This document shows, in pieces, positions 9,770 to 19,807 of a DNA stretch of 64,000 nucleotides (its first letter is position 1; the number at the start of each line of letters is the position of its first letter). A model generated the notes under the pieces. That model did not search any database. It was given only the letters and a program-made list of their open reading frames with translations, and was not told the origin of the DNA. The stretch is from Alphaproteobacteria bacterium (GTDB lineage: Bacteria; Pseudomonadota; Alphaproteobacteria; UBA9655). Made by a program: the position numbers and the translations under genes. The stretch lies in NCBI GenBank assembly GCA_017992885.1, contig JAGONT010000010.1, positions 5,488 to 69,487 of the forward strand. The letters are read 5' to 3'.

Positions 9770-11923
9770 ATGTATAAAACAACTTTTTATATTCCCTCGA
9801 TGGATTGTCCGGCTGAAGAAAAGCTTATCCGCCAAAAATTACGATCAATTCCGCTCGTAAAACATTTGGAAGTCAATTTGATTCAACAAGAGCTGATTGT
9901 TACTCATGATGGACCTGATGTTTCTAATATCCAAAAAGCTTTAAACTCATTAGGTATAAAGGCTCAAATCAAAAACGGTTCTTATACGACCGAGCAACTT
10001 AATTTATTAAAACCTCATGTGACAGCCAAAGATTGGATAATTATCATCCTTTCAGGCTTATTAGCGTTCACCGCTGAAGTTATTGCTTTTACAACACATC
10101 TTGAAAATTCTTCTCTGGTTATCGTCTTAGCCTTAACATCTATGCTAATAGGTGGCCGCGAAACTTTTGTCAAAGGGTTACGCGCTATTCGATATTTCAT
10201 ACTTAACATTAACTTTTTAATGACAATTGCTGTTCTTGGAGCTGTCATTATTGGTGAATGGCCAGAAGCAGCTATGGTGACATTTCTTTTTGGGCTCGCT
10301 GAAACAATTGAGAGTTATTCCTTAGATAAAGCGCGGCAATCCATTCAACGTTTGATAGAGGTTTCACCTAGTCTGGCTACTGTGCAAACTAAAAAGGGCA
10401 GCTGGCAAGTTAAGTCTGTTCAAGAAATTCAGCTTAATGACATTGTGTGGGTCAAACCTGGTGAACGCATTCCGTTGGATGGTGTCGTGCTTAAAGGCCG
10501 TACGAGTATTAATCAAGCGCCAATAACTGGCGAATCAATTCCCGTTGAAAAAAACCCAGGAGACCTTGTCTTTGCAGGTTCTATTAATGATCGTGGTTCA
10601 TTTGAATTTAAAGTCACAAGTCAAACAAATGAGACATTACTCTCTAAAATTATTCGCGCGGTTCAACAAGCGCAAACTGAACGAGCACCAACACAACGGT
10701 TTGTTGATCAATTTGCAAAATATTATACGCCAACAATGGTCATTATTGCGATTTTAATTGCTTTTTTACCAACACTTATCTGGCAAGCTCCCTTTTACCC
10801 ATGGTTTTATAAGGCCTTAGTACTATTAGTCATTGCGTGCCCTTGTGCTTTAGTTATCTCTACACCTGTTACAGTGGTCAGTGGTTTAGCTGCTGCAGCT
10901 AAACATGGTATTTTAATCAAAGGCGGGACTTACCTTGAACAAGGAAGTCACTTAAAAGCCATTGCCTTCGATAAAACAGGAACCCTTACACAAGGAAAAC
11001 CTAAAGTCACTGATGTTATTAATATTACGAAAATTTCTAAACACGATGTTTTACGACTTGCAGCTAGCTTAGAAGCCCATTCGGAACATCCAATTGCTAG
11101 TGCTATCTTACAGCATTGGCAAATTTCAAATGCACTTAGTGACCTATTAACAATCCATGAATACGAAACCGTTCCAGGGCGTGGTTTAGTTGGTGTTATT
11201 AACGGTCAACGTTATTTTTTAGGTAATCATCGATTTGCTGAAGAGAAAAATGTATGCGGTTCACAAATTGAGTCAGTCTTACATCAGCTGGAGCAGCAGG
11301 GAAAAACTACCCTTGTGCTTGGAACGCAGGATGAGGTGTTAGCAATCCTCGCAGTAGCAGATACTTTACAAGAGACAAGTGTTCAGGCAATTCAAACGCT
11401 TCACCAACTCGGAATTAAAATCGCCATGGTTACTGGTGACAATCCAACCACTGCCCAAGCTATTGCTGACAAACTAAGCATTGATGACATTCAGGCTAAT
11501 TTGTTACCTGAGGAGAAACTCACCGCGATTGATATGCTTTTAAAGAAATATGGCAAAGTTGGGATGGTGGGTGACGGCATTAATGATGCACCAGCGCTTG
11601 CTAAAGCAACTATTGGTTTTGCAATGGGTCACTCAGGAACCGATGTAGCCTTGGAAACGGCAGATGTTGCCTTGATGGAGGATAATTTAAATAAATTACC
11701 TTTTTTTATTCACCTCAGTCGTCGTGTTTGGCACAAATTGATTCAAAACATTACTTTGTCTATTGGAATTAAAATAATCTTTTTTGCTTTAGCTCTTTGG
11801 GGGGTGGCTTCCTTATGGATGGCCATATTAGCGGATATGGGAGCGAGCTTAATTGTGGTATTAAATGGGCTAAGGCTTCTGAATTTTTCTAAACCAGCAG
11901 CTCATCAGAAAACAACATCATAG
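9770..11923 (+). CDS. cadA: Heavy-metal translocating P1B-type ATPase (Cd/Zn/Pb type)
   Basis: HMA-like N-terminus (SMDCPAEEKLIRQKL), CPC motif (IACPCALVISTP), DKTGTLT, VTGDN, GDGINDAP. Confidence 0.95.
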   Translation: MYKTTFYIPSMDCPAEEKLIRQKLRSIPLVKHLEVNLIQQELIVTHDGPDVSNIQKALNSLGIKAQIKNGSYTTEQLNLLKPHVTAKDWIIIILSGLLAFTAEVIAFTTHLENSSLVIVLALTSMLIGGRETFVKGLRAIRYFILNINFLMTIAVLGAVIIGEWPEAAMVTFLFGLAETIESYSLDKARQSIQRLIEVSPSLATVQTKKGSWQVKSVQEIQLNDIVWVKPGERIPLDGVVLKGRTSINQAPITGESIPVEKNPGDLVFAGSINDRGSFEFKVTSQTNETLLSKIIRAVQQAQTERAPTQRFVDQFAKYYTPTMVIIAILIAFLPTLIWQAPFYPWFYKALVLLVIACPCALVISTPVTVVSGLAAAAKHGILIKGGTYLEQGSHLKAIAFDKTGTLTQGKPKVTDVINITKISKHDVLRLAASLEAHSEHPIASAILQHWQISNALSDLLTIHEYETVPGRGLVGVINGQRYFLGNHRFAEEKNVCGSQIESVLHQLEQQGKTTLVLGTQDEVLAILAVADTLQETSVQAIQTLHQLGIKIAMVTGDNPTTAQAIADKLSIDDIQANLLPEEKLTAIDMLLKKYGKVGMVGDGINDAPALAKATIGFAMGHSGTDVALETADVALMEDNLNKLPFFIHLSRRVWHKLIQNITLSIGIKIIFFALALWGVASLWMAILADMGASLIVVLNGLRLLNFSKPAAHQKTTS

Positions 11924-11992
11924 TTTGCTAATAAATTCAATTTGTGTTGAGTAGATAATCGCTAGATTGTATCTTATACTTGTTGTGCGTAA

Positions 11993-12136
11993 GTTGAGGA
12001 AAAATGCAGAAAAGCATATTTAACTGAATTGGTTTATCTTTTTAATCGTAGAGATTGGCCAAAACAGATTTTTGATCGTTTGCTATCTGTTTGTATTAAT
12101 TCAGATCCAATGACTTTATGGGAGCTAAAGGCGTAA
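11993..12136 (+). pseudogene. C-terminal remnant of an IS1595/ISXO2-like transposase
   Basis: Short frame KAYLTELVYLFNRRDWPKQIFDRLL...stop resembles the conserved YL.EF.FRFNRR...LF..LL tail of that family. No N-terminal part is present. Confidence 0.4.
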
Positions 12137-12283
12137 TCATGTGATATCTAATTGATTGTTATCGATATTAATAACGCGCCCGTAAGTTGCTCAGATTTTT
12201 AACCCTATCGAGAAATTTAATGCTTTATGTTCCAGCACTGACCCCGTATCATCAAGCTTCTTCAATTCAATTGCGATAGTCAT

Positions 12284-13120
12284 ATGGAGATACACAGACA
12301 TCAAATGAATAAAGGGGACAGATGGTTTAAAAAATTCCACATCAGTTTTTGGGTAATTCCAATCATGATGTTTTTGGTTGTCACCAAATTTTTTATTCAT
12401 CGTTTCGGTTTAGAGTTTGTCGTAGTAAGCTCACTTTTTACAAGTACCATGGCTGGCACAATTTTTATTATTAGTATTCTGCTTGCTGGAATTTTAGCAG
12501 ACTTCAAAGAAGCAGAAAAATTCCCGGCAGAAATTCGGGCCTCCCTTGAAAATATTTTGGAAGAAGCAACCCTTTTTCATCAATATAAAAATGAGTTTGA
12601 TATTAATAAAATTCATGACAATATCCATGAAATAATTTATCATTTTTTTAAAGGAATAGGACATGAAGGAGATCACTATAATTTAGAGCCCTGCTTGATA
12701 TCGATTAATAAACTAGCTTCCTCTTTTTCTGCCATGGAACAATTAGGTATGCTTCCTAATTACCTTGTTCGTTTAAAGACCGAGCAAGGAACGCTTAGAA
12801 AAGTAGTATTACGTATTTTTCAAATCCAAAAAACTCAATTTATTCCTTCCGTGCATATTTTTTGTGAATCATTAATAGGCTTCCTTACTCTGTTTCTTCT
12901 TTTCCTGAAGACAGAAGGATCTCCAGAATCATTTATTCTTTTTGGTTTTATTGCTTATTTTTTTCTTTATATAGGGCGTCTTATTAGAGTACTGGAAAAG
13001 CCCTTTAGGGAAGGTCATGAGACCATGGATGATGTGAGCCTTTTTCTCCTGCGAGAGATGAAGAAACACAAGAGAAATGAGGTGAGCCCCACAGTCAAGT
13101 CAGAAAATAACATTAGCTAA
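12284..13120 (+). CDS. Hypothetical membrane protein
   Basis: 278-aa ORF with two N-terminal and two C-terminal hydrophobic segments flanking a soluble region; no recognised motif. Confidence 0.45.
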   Translation: MEIHRHQMNKGDRWFKKFHISFWVIPIMMFLVVTKFFIHRFGLEFVVVSSLFTSTMAGTIFIISILLAGILADFKEAEKFPAEIRASLENILEEATLFHQYKNEFDINKIHDNIHEIIYHFFKGIGHEGDHYNLEPCLISINKLASSFSAMEQLGMLPNYLVRLKTEQGTLRKVVLRIFQIQKTQFIPSVHIFCESLIGFLTLFLLFLKTEGSPESFILFGFIAYFFLYIGRLIRVLEKPFREGHETMDDVSLFLLREMKKHKRNEVSPTVKSENNIS

Positions 13121-13220
13121 GGTATATTTTTTCTCTTTTCCTTTCAATTAATAGATTAGGTTGTAGTTGTGCGCCTGTGGGTATGTGTGGAACTTTTATA
13201 ACAAGTCATGCACCTATCCA

Positions 13221-14287
13221 TCAGGTGCAGCTGTCCGCCAACTTAAGGCTACTCCAAAGGCGTTCTCCGAACTCATCTTTGAGGCGGGCATTCACAAGTT
13301 CAGCGGTGCTGCGCTCATTATACCGTTGAGCTTCATGAGGGGCAAACGTCCGTGTATCCTGGGGACTTCGATGGTTAAAATCAATCAGGAGGACATGGCC
13401 AAGGCTCTCGCTATAATCCCTGATGCTCTTGGCGTCATAGACAGAATCCATAAGGTCGTAACAATTCGTGACGCGCCCCCGCCGTCATGGTAGCCAAAGG
13501 AATGGACGCCTGAGAGTCATGAAGAGAGGTAGCTGTGAGCCAAAGCTGTAATGGGAATCGCTCCATCCGCTGTATCTAAATGAAGTTTGTACCCCCACCA
13601 GATCTCTTGGTGTCCCTTGGTATTTCGCTTCGTTCCCAATGTTACGCCCCATGGGAAGATCTTTGAGCATGTCTTTGAGGGTCATCAATAGTTGCTTTTC
13701 TAACCATGTTTGTTCTTTTGGTGTGCGTTCTTCTCCCCGCTTGGGACGTCCGCGCTTGGCTTTGATCTTTGCCTCTTTTTTTGTTGCCTTTTTTCTTTGG
13801 CTTTTTTCTTAGCCTCAGCACATACTTTCTCCCGTCCTTCAATGGCTGTCGAGTCGCGAGAAATATGCCCCACCAACGTTTTTGAGCGATGGGTTTTAAT
13901 CAGCGCTTCATGCACACGGCTGGGAAGCCCCATCTCTGCAAACTCCGCAAAAGCTCTTGAAAAGGTTGAGGAGTGGGGAATCTCATCTCTCCGCTCCCAA
14001 CCACAAAGGCGTCTAAGAGATTTGTCGTTCTGCAATCGATCAATGAGGGCAATTGTTGTGGGCATGTTATAAACCGCCTTCGCCACATAGATACGGGCAA
14101 TAGCCCAACGATCTTTCAGCGGACACCCAACGCCCCCGTGCCAGTAAGGGATAAACTGTTCAACACGTGCAAACTTCAAAACCGTCACAAGTTGTTGCTG
14201 CTTCTCGCTTAAACGCCTAATCTCTTCTTCCAACCAGGGGAAAAGTTTCCCTTGTATGCTTTTCCAATGGTGTGATAAATTTTTCAT
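13221..14287 (-). pseudogene. Degraded IS4/IS5-superfamily (DDE, YREK) transposase, broken into at least 3 frames
   Basis: N-terminal InsH/DUF772-like part (13700-14287). Middle part reads WWGYKLHLDTADGAIPITAL only in a shifted frame. C-terminal part has DSVYDAK and Y-x2-R-x3-E-x6-K (RYNERSTAELVNARLK). Confidence 0.75.
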
Positions 14288-14616
14288 ATCGAATCCTTCT
14301 GTTTGTTGTCTTTCATTGGTGTCTTATCAATTCCAATTAAAGCACAATGACAGAAGGTTTTCGAGTTCTGCTTAGCTGGTTTCTTACCTTAATTTAGCTC
14401 TAATTCACTCATATCGCGAATTTTGCAATTTGCTCATTTATATAAAAAATGACGGCCTTATAAGAATCTCCTTTGTCACAAAACTGTCCTAACCGAGCTG
14501 CGTCTTAAACTTGCATGCGAGATCTTATTGCAGTATTATATTGAAATATTTACATAATTTTGGAAAATATATCGAACATATGCCTATATATCACCTGAAA
14601 ATTATTGGACAAAGCC

Positions 14617-15525
14617 ATGAAAGAACATAAGCATACTATCACAAAATTTAGCAAAGAGCGTCCACTGCTTTACGCTCTAATATTGACTACCAGTTTTCTT
14701 ATTGCCGAAGTAATTGGTGGTATCATGACGGGAAGTCTTGCTCTTATATCAGATGCAGCACACATGTTAACCGATACTGCCGCCTTAGCAATTGCGTTAG
14801 CTGCTATTCGAATTGGACAACGACCAACAGATTCAAATCGTACATTCGGTTATTACCGGTTTGAGATTTTAGCGGCTACTTTTAATACCGTCCTTCTTTT
14901 TTTGGTTGCACTCTATATTTTGTATGAAGCATACCAACGATTGCAACATCCTCCAGAAATCTACTCAACTGGTATGTTGATTGTTGCAAGCATAGGCTTG
15001 ATAGTCAATTTAGTTTCAATGCGCCTCTTAGCTACGAGTAGAGATAAAGGCTTGAACATGAAAAGTGCTTACCTTGAAGTATGGAGTGATATGCTTGGTT
15101 CGGTTGGTGTAATTGTGGGTGCACTTCTTATTCGATTTACAGGTTGGGTATGGGTTGATTCTATAATTGCAATTTTTATTGGATTATGGGTATTACCACG
15201 CACATGGGTATTGCTTAAAGAGAGTATTAATGTGTTGCTGGAAGGTGTTCCTCAAGGCATTGACTTAAAAATATTAGAAAAATCTATCCGTAATATTGAT
15301 GGTATTTTGGATGTTCATGACTTGCATGTTTGGGCAATTACCAGTGATAAAATTAACCTAACAGCACACGTTGTTATCGACGAAAATTATGACAGTGAAA
15401 TTGTACTCCCTAAGCTTCGTAAGCTTTTAGCCTCTCAATTTGGGATTTTGCATACCACCTTAGAGTACGAACGTAAAAAATGTATTGAGGAGGAAGAATT
15501 TTGTAATTTTAATTCTCCTGTTTGA
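14617..15525 (+). CDS. czcD: Cation diffusion facilitator (Zn/Cd/Co efflux)
   Basis: Six TM segments, HMLTDTAALAIALAA in TM2, C-terminal HDLHVWAITSDK domain. The ATG at 14617 is preferred over the TTG at 14605. Confidence 0.9.
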   Translation: MKEHKHTITKFSKERPLLYALILTTSFLIAEVIGGIMTGSLALISDAAHMLTDTAALAIALAAIRIGQRPTDSNRTFGYYRFEILAATFNTVLLFLVALYILYEAYQRLQHPPEIYSTGMLIVASIGLIVNLVSMRLLATSRDKGLNMKSAYLEVWSDMLGSVGVIVGALLIRFTGWVWVDSIIAIFIGLWVLPRTWVLLKESINVLLEGVPQGIDLKILEKSIRNIDGILDVHDLHVWAITSDKINLTAHVVIDENYDSEIVLPKLRKLLASQFGILHTTLEYERKKCIEEEEFCNFNSPV

Positions 15526-15527
15526 CC

Positions 15528-16142
15528 TTACCCCAGGGCGTTAATAGCCATTGAAGTTAAAAAGAAAATAAAAGTCATATAAAAAACAAATAAGATATAT
15601 CCTATAAAAATAAAAATGCCATCTTCTTCTGCAATTCCAAGGCTAAAAATAACAATAGAGCCTCCAAATATAAAATTACTAAATGGAATAGGTAGCATTA
15701 ATAAAAAGGCTAAACAAAGAATAATGATGCCATTGATAATTTCCATGATACGGCAAGTCATCAACGCCCATCTTGGTTTTAATAGGCGTTCCAATCTTAC
15801 TAAATAGGGCACCACCACATTGATAATTTTGGAAACCTTTTTGTGAGAAATAGGGTTGTTAGAGATTGTATTTGGTAACCACAATGACTTTCTTGCAAAT
15901 ATCATTTGCAATGCAAAAATTACAATGGGTAAGCCAAAAACAAGAGAAATCCCTGGCATGGCTGAAAAAGGCAAAGTACTGGGTAAGGAAAAAAACAAGA
16001 GCGCCACACCAAATGCACGCTCACCCAAAGCTTGCAAAATATGCTGATAGGTCAGTTGTCCTTCTAAATTTTTATTTCGCGCAATCTCCAAAAGAATTTC
16101 GGAAGAACGCTTATAGGGATTTTTGCACGGTTTATGTCGCAT
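15528..16142 (-). CDS. ExoD-family membrane protein
   Basis: About 200 aa. LGERAFGVALLFFSLPSTLPFSAMPGISLVFGLPIVIFALQMIF pattern and four TM segments are typical of ExoD-like proteins (recognised from memory). Confidence 0.55.
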   Translation of the reverse strand: MRHKPCKNPYKRSSEILLEIARNKNLEGQLTYQHILQALGERAFGVALLFFSLPSTLPFSAMPGISLVFGLPIVIFALQMIFARKSLWLPNTISNNPISHKKVSKIINVVVPYLVRLERLLKPRWALMTCRIMEIINGIIILCLAFLLMLPIPFSNFIFGGSIVIFSLGIAEEDGIFIFIGYILFVFYMTFIFFLTSMAINALG

Positions 16143-16331
16143 CTATACCATTTCTTCGGGTGGGGATTATATCCACCTGGGTAACTTAGAGACTCTAAGA
16201 TCTAAAATGTGTTCTAACAACTCTAAGTTTTCTTTTTGAAAGAGTTTCTTAAATAAGAAATAATCCTAAAAATAACAAAAATTGTTTAATATTTTTTTAA
16301 CAAATGTATCGTAAAATAATATTCATGCTGT

Positions 16332-16583
16332 ATGAGGGACATCGAAATGAAACAAGATCCTGAAAACCATCAAAGAAATAGAAGTCTAAACCAAAAACCT
16401 TACTGGCGTTCTAAGGGAATAATATTTTTTATTTTATTTTTATTGTTAGTTGGAATTTATGTTGTGCTTCATAATTATTATGATTTTGGGATTTTTATTC
16501 CTATTTTTCTTGTTCTTTTATGTCCCATTTTTATGTATTTTATTATGAGAGATAAACATAACGATAAAGATGATTCTAAGTAA
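16332..16583 (+). CDS. Small membrane protein, DUF2933-like (often linked to metal-resistance loci)
   Basis: 83 aa, two TM segments, LLCPIFMYFIMRDKH resembles the LLCPLMHxFMH motif. Confidence 0.4.
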   Translation: MRDIEMKQDPENHQRNRSLNQKPYWRSKGIIFFILFLLLVGIYVVLHNYYDFGIFIPIFLVLLCPIFMYFIMRDKHNDKDDSK

Positions 16584-16933
16584 TATCAAAAAATAGAGTT
16601 CAAATAAGCGTCTTTGGTAAGATCTTAGGCCTCCTTGCCCTCTTATCTGCTTTATGCACCTCATCGGTATCAAGTCTTGTTCCTTAGGATTTGGGAGTGT
16701 GTCGTTTATGCTGCTTAACGTAAACTAATCGCCGGCCGGAGTAATATTTTGGATAGTACCGTCAAATTAACTTTAAAATTTCGCACATTTTTGGGTCTTC
16801 TATGTAAGAAACAAGTGAAGTTGTCTTTTTATTCAGTCGCACATATTTTTATAAGTTTTTTAATAAGAATTTAAATGATTTACAGTAAATATATTTTATA
16901 GGAATCATATATTTAAAAAATGTAGAAAATATC

Positions 16934-17176
16934 ATGAACACGGTATATGTAATTCTTGGAATATTGGCATTAACTGTCGCTTTCTTTATCATCATTTACA
17001 ATCAACCGATCTCTTTACGTCAATCGAGACGGAATGCCTTTTCGGACATTGATGTTCAACTCCGGTTGCCTGATGACCTGGTTCCCAATCTCGTTGAAAC
17101 GGTTAAAGGTTATGCTAGCCATGAAAAAGAAATCTTTATCAAAGACACAAAAGAACGCGCAAGAATGGAGAAATAA
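16934..17176 (+). pseudogene. N-terminal fragment of a LemA-family protein
   Basis: TM anchor followed by FSDIDVQLRLPDDLVPNLVETVKGYASHEKEIF (LemA signature). It stops after 80 aa, whereas the family is about 190 aa. Confidence 0.65.
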
Positions 17177-17587
17177 GGTGCTCGGTACATAAGACTTCAA
17201 ACAGATATAAGGAAAACAATAGAACTTGATGATGCTTCTGATGATAATCTTGAGTTTCTTGAAGTAAAACCCGAAGAGCAACTTCAAGATCTTGAGGATA
17301 TCACCAGATTCCTTCTGATGAATGATGATGCCTGGAGAGACCAAGGAGGAAGATATTCTGTGGAAACAGAACTCGCCGCCGTAAGCGCCTTTTCGGAGGC
17401 TTCCTCTTCTTCAAATAGAGACACAAGGAGAGGTTTTGCGGAGATGAATTAATAATATTGAGGGGTATGAAAATTTAATTAGTATAGGGCCAATTTTTAG
17501 CCCTCTTTATACTGCTTCAAGCCTTTTCCAGGTTCCCTATTTCCCTAATCTCCACTTCACACTTTCGCAACAATTCTTTCAGCTTCT

Positions 17588-18221
17588 TCACTTAAAAGCC
17601 ATTGCCTTCGATAAAACAGGAACCCTTACACAAGGAAAACCTAAAGTCACTGATGTTATTAATATTACGAAAATTTCTAAACACGATGTTTTACGACTTG
17701 CAGCTAGCTTAGAAGCCCATTCGGAACATCCAATTGCTAGTGCTATCTTACAGAATTGGCAAATTTAAAATGCACTTAGTGACCTATTAATAATCCATGA
17801 ATACGAAACCGTTCCAGGGCGCGGCTTAGTTGGTGTTACTAACGGTCAACGTTATTTTTTAGGTAATCATCGATTTGCTGAAGAGAAAAATGTATGCAGT
17901 CCACAAATTGAGTCAGTCTTACATCAGCTGGAGCAGCAGGGGAAAACTACCCTTGTGCTTGGAACGCAGGATGAGGTGTTAGCAATCCTCGCAGTAGCAG
18001 ATACTTTACAAGAGACAAGTGTTCAGGCAATTCAAACGCTTCACCAACTTGGAATTAAAATAATCTTTTTTGCTTTAGCGCTTTGGGGGTTGGCTTCCTT
18101 ATGGATGGCAATATTAGCGGATATGGGAGCGAGTTTAATTGTGGTATTAAATGGCCTAAGCCTTTTGAATTTTTCTAAACCGGAAGCTCAACGGAAAACA
18201 AAGATTGCGATTTCCAAGTAG
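17588..18221 (+). pseudogene. Partial second copy of the P-type ATPase gene with an internal in-frame deletion and a premature stop
   Basis: 17588-18061 is near-identical to 10948-11421, and 18051 onward to 11765 onward. TAA at 17766-17768 replaces TCA of the intact gene. It lacks the 5' 1.2 kb. Confidence 0.9.
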
Positions 18222-18487
18222 GCTTGTTATTGCCTAGATGTGTGCTATCATGTCTTTTCAGTAGAGAGAATTGCTAAAATGATCGGATGCAGTAAGTATA
18301 AGAATAAAAGGGGCTACTTGATTTCCTTTCAAAATGAATTGTATTTTCATGTATAAATTGTTTATCTATTGATTTGTTATCTCACACTCAACATGATTCG
18401 ACTTTTGTAGCGATGGTTTGAGATTAATATTATTATTTAAAGTCATAAAAAATAAAAAACAATATTTGAGAAATAATAGTTAAATCG

Positions 18488-19807
18488 ATGAATGTTAAAA
18501 AAATAATATTATTTTTAAAAGTGAGCACCGTTGGAGTCATAATTTATTTAGCGTCAAACCCTGAATCTGCGAATTCACAAAGTCTTCAAAAACCCATAAC
18601 ATCTGCCAAATCTGAAGCTTCAGTATCTTCTCTGAATGTTTTTATTCAGCAAGTTTTAGAAACAAACCCTTCTATTCAAGCGGCCGACGCGAATGTCTCC
18701 GCCGTTCTTGCACGACAACACGCCGCAGGGCAACCGCTTTATAATCCTTCCTTAACTGCAGAAGGACAGCAATCCGTTGATAAGTTTTATGCCGTAGGTA
18801 TTAACCAAGCGATTGATTGGACAAACAAGCGGGAAGCACGAGAAGCCGTAGGTTTTGTGAACCTTCAGTTGGCTGAAGCCCAACGAATGGTAGTGCGTCA
18901 AGAATTAATAACAGAAATACTCAAGGCTTTAGCCAATTATCAAATGGCACAAGAAATTGTTACATTGGCAAAAGAAAGAACAAACTTATTACAACAATTC
19001 GTTGAATTAACTGAAAAACGCCATACTAACGGTGATGTGGCACGTGTAGATGTAGACTTGTCTCAGCTTGCTTTGTCTGAAGCATATGCGCAAGAAGCGG
19101 ATAGTGAGGTAAATGTAATCCAAGCCCTACAAACTTTACGTGCTATTACGGGACAGAGGGCAGCTATGTGGCCTCGATTACCAGATCCATTACCAGACCC
19201 TACTTTAACAGAGCTTAACACAGATGAACTCCTTAATCGTTTGCCTTCTATAGAAGTATTAAATAAGCAGCACTTAAGTGCTGCAGCTCGTATTCAAGTA
19301 GCGGAACGCGAGCGTTATCCTGATCCCACATTAGGAATTCAAGCAGGAAAAGAAAAAACAGATGAAAAAACAGGTAACTTAATTGGTGTATCTGTAAGCA
19401 TACCCTTATTTGTTCGTAATACATATCGTGCTGAGGTTGATGCAGCCCATTTTGATGCGATTGAAGCAGAAAGAAAGCGTTTAGATACTTTGCAGCAATC
19501 AAGGGCAGCAATTGAAAGCAATGCTCAACGCTATAAAATACTCTATGATAATGTTCAGAAATGGCAGCTTATCTCCAGTAAGCCACTAAAAGATGGCATC
19601 GTGCTTATTGAGCGTCTTTGGAAAGCAGGAGAGATCAGTGCTACAGATTATTTGGTGCAGTTAAAGCAACGCCTTGATAGCCAAATAGCAGGTGTTGAAC
19701 TGCAAAGCCGTACTTGGCAAGCGTGGGTGGATTGGCTCAAAGCTTCAGGCACAATAGAAACCTGGGTGCAAAATAAACAAAAATGTAAACACAGGAGTAA
19801 GGAATGA
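18488..19807 (+). CDS. czcC: Outer-membrane efflux protein (TolC/CzcC family)
   Basis: Signal peptide, 439 aa with two similar halves, immediately upstream of and overlapping the MFP gene (ATGA at 19804). Confidence 0.8.
   Translation: MNVKKIILFLKVSTVGVIIYLASNPESANSQSLQKPITSAKSEASVSSLNVFIQQVLETNPSIQAADANVSAVLARQHAAGQPLYNPSLTAEGQQSVDKFYAVGINQAIDWTNKREAREAVGFVNLQLAEAQRMVVRQELITEILKALANYQMAQEIVTLAKERTNLLQQFVELTEKRHTNGDVARVDVDLSQLALSEAYAQEADSEVNVIQALQTLRAITGQRAAMWPRLPDPLPDPTLTELNTDELLNRLPSIEVLNKQHLSAAARIQVAERERYPDPTLGIQAGKEKTDEKTGNLIGVSVSIPLFVRNTYRAEVDAAHFDAIEAERKRLDTLQQSRAAIESNAQRYKILYDNVQKWQLISSKPLKDGIVLIERLWKAGEISATDYLVQLKQRLDSQIAGVELQSRTWQAWVDWLKASGTIETWVQNKQKCKHRSKE

Noticed and set aside
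13167-14212. Plus-strand ORFs (108, 120, 79 aa) across the IS remnant
   Set aside because: They are antisense to clear transposase-derived reading frames (DUF772-like N-terminus, YREK C-terminus) and are shadow ORFs.
15520-15531. Convergent czcD and exoD-like stop codons separated by only 2 bp
   Set aside because: This is real in the sequence but is just a compact junction. No hairpin or other structure is visible, so there is nothing further to claim.
17177-17587. Unassigned region between the LemA stub and the ATPase fragment, including a 109-aa minus-strand ORF (17015-17344)
   Set aside because: The ORF overlaps the LemA fragment antisense and has no motifs. The plus-strand frames are acidic, repetitive and interrupted. 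Treated as decay debris.
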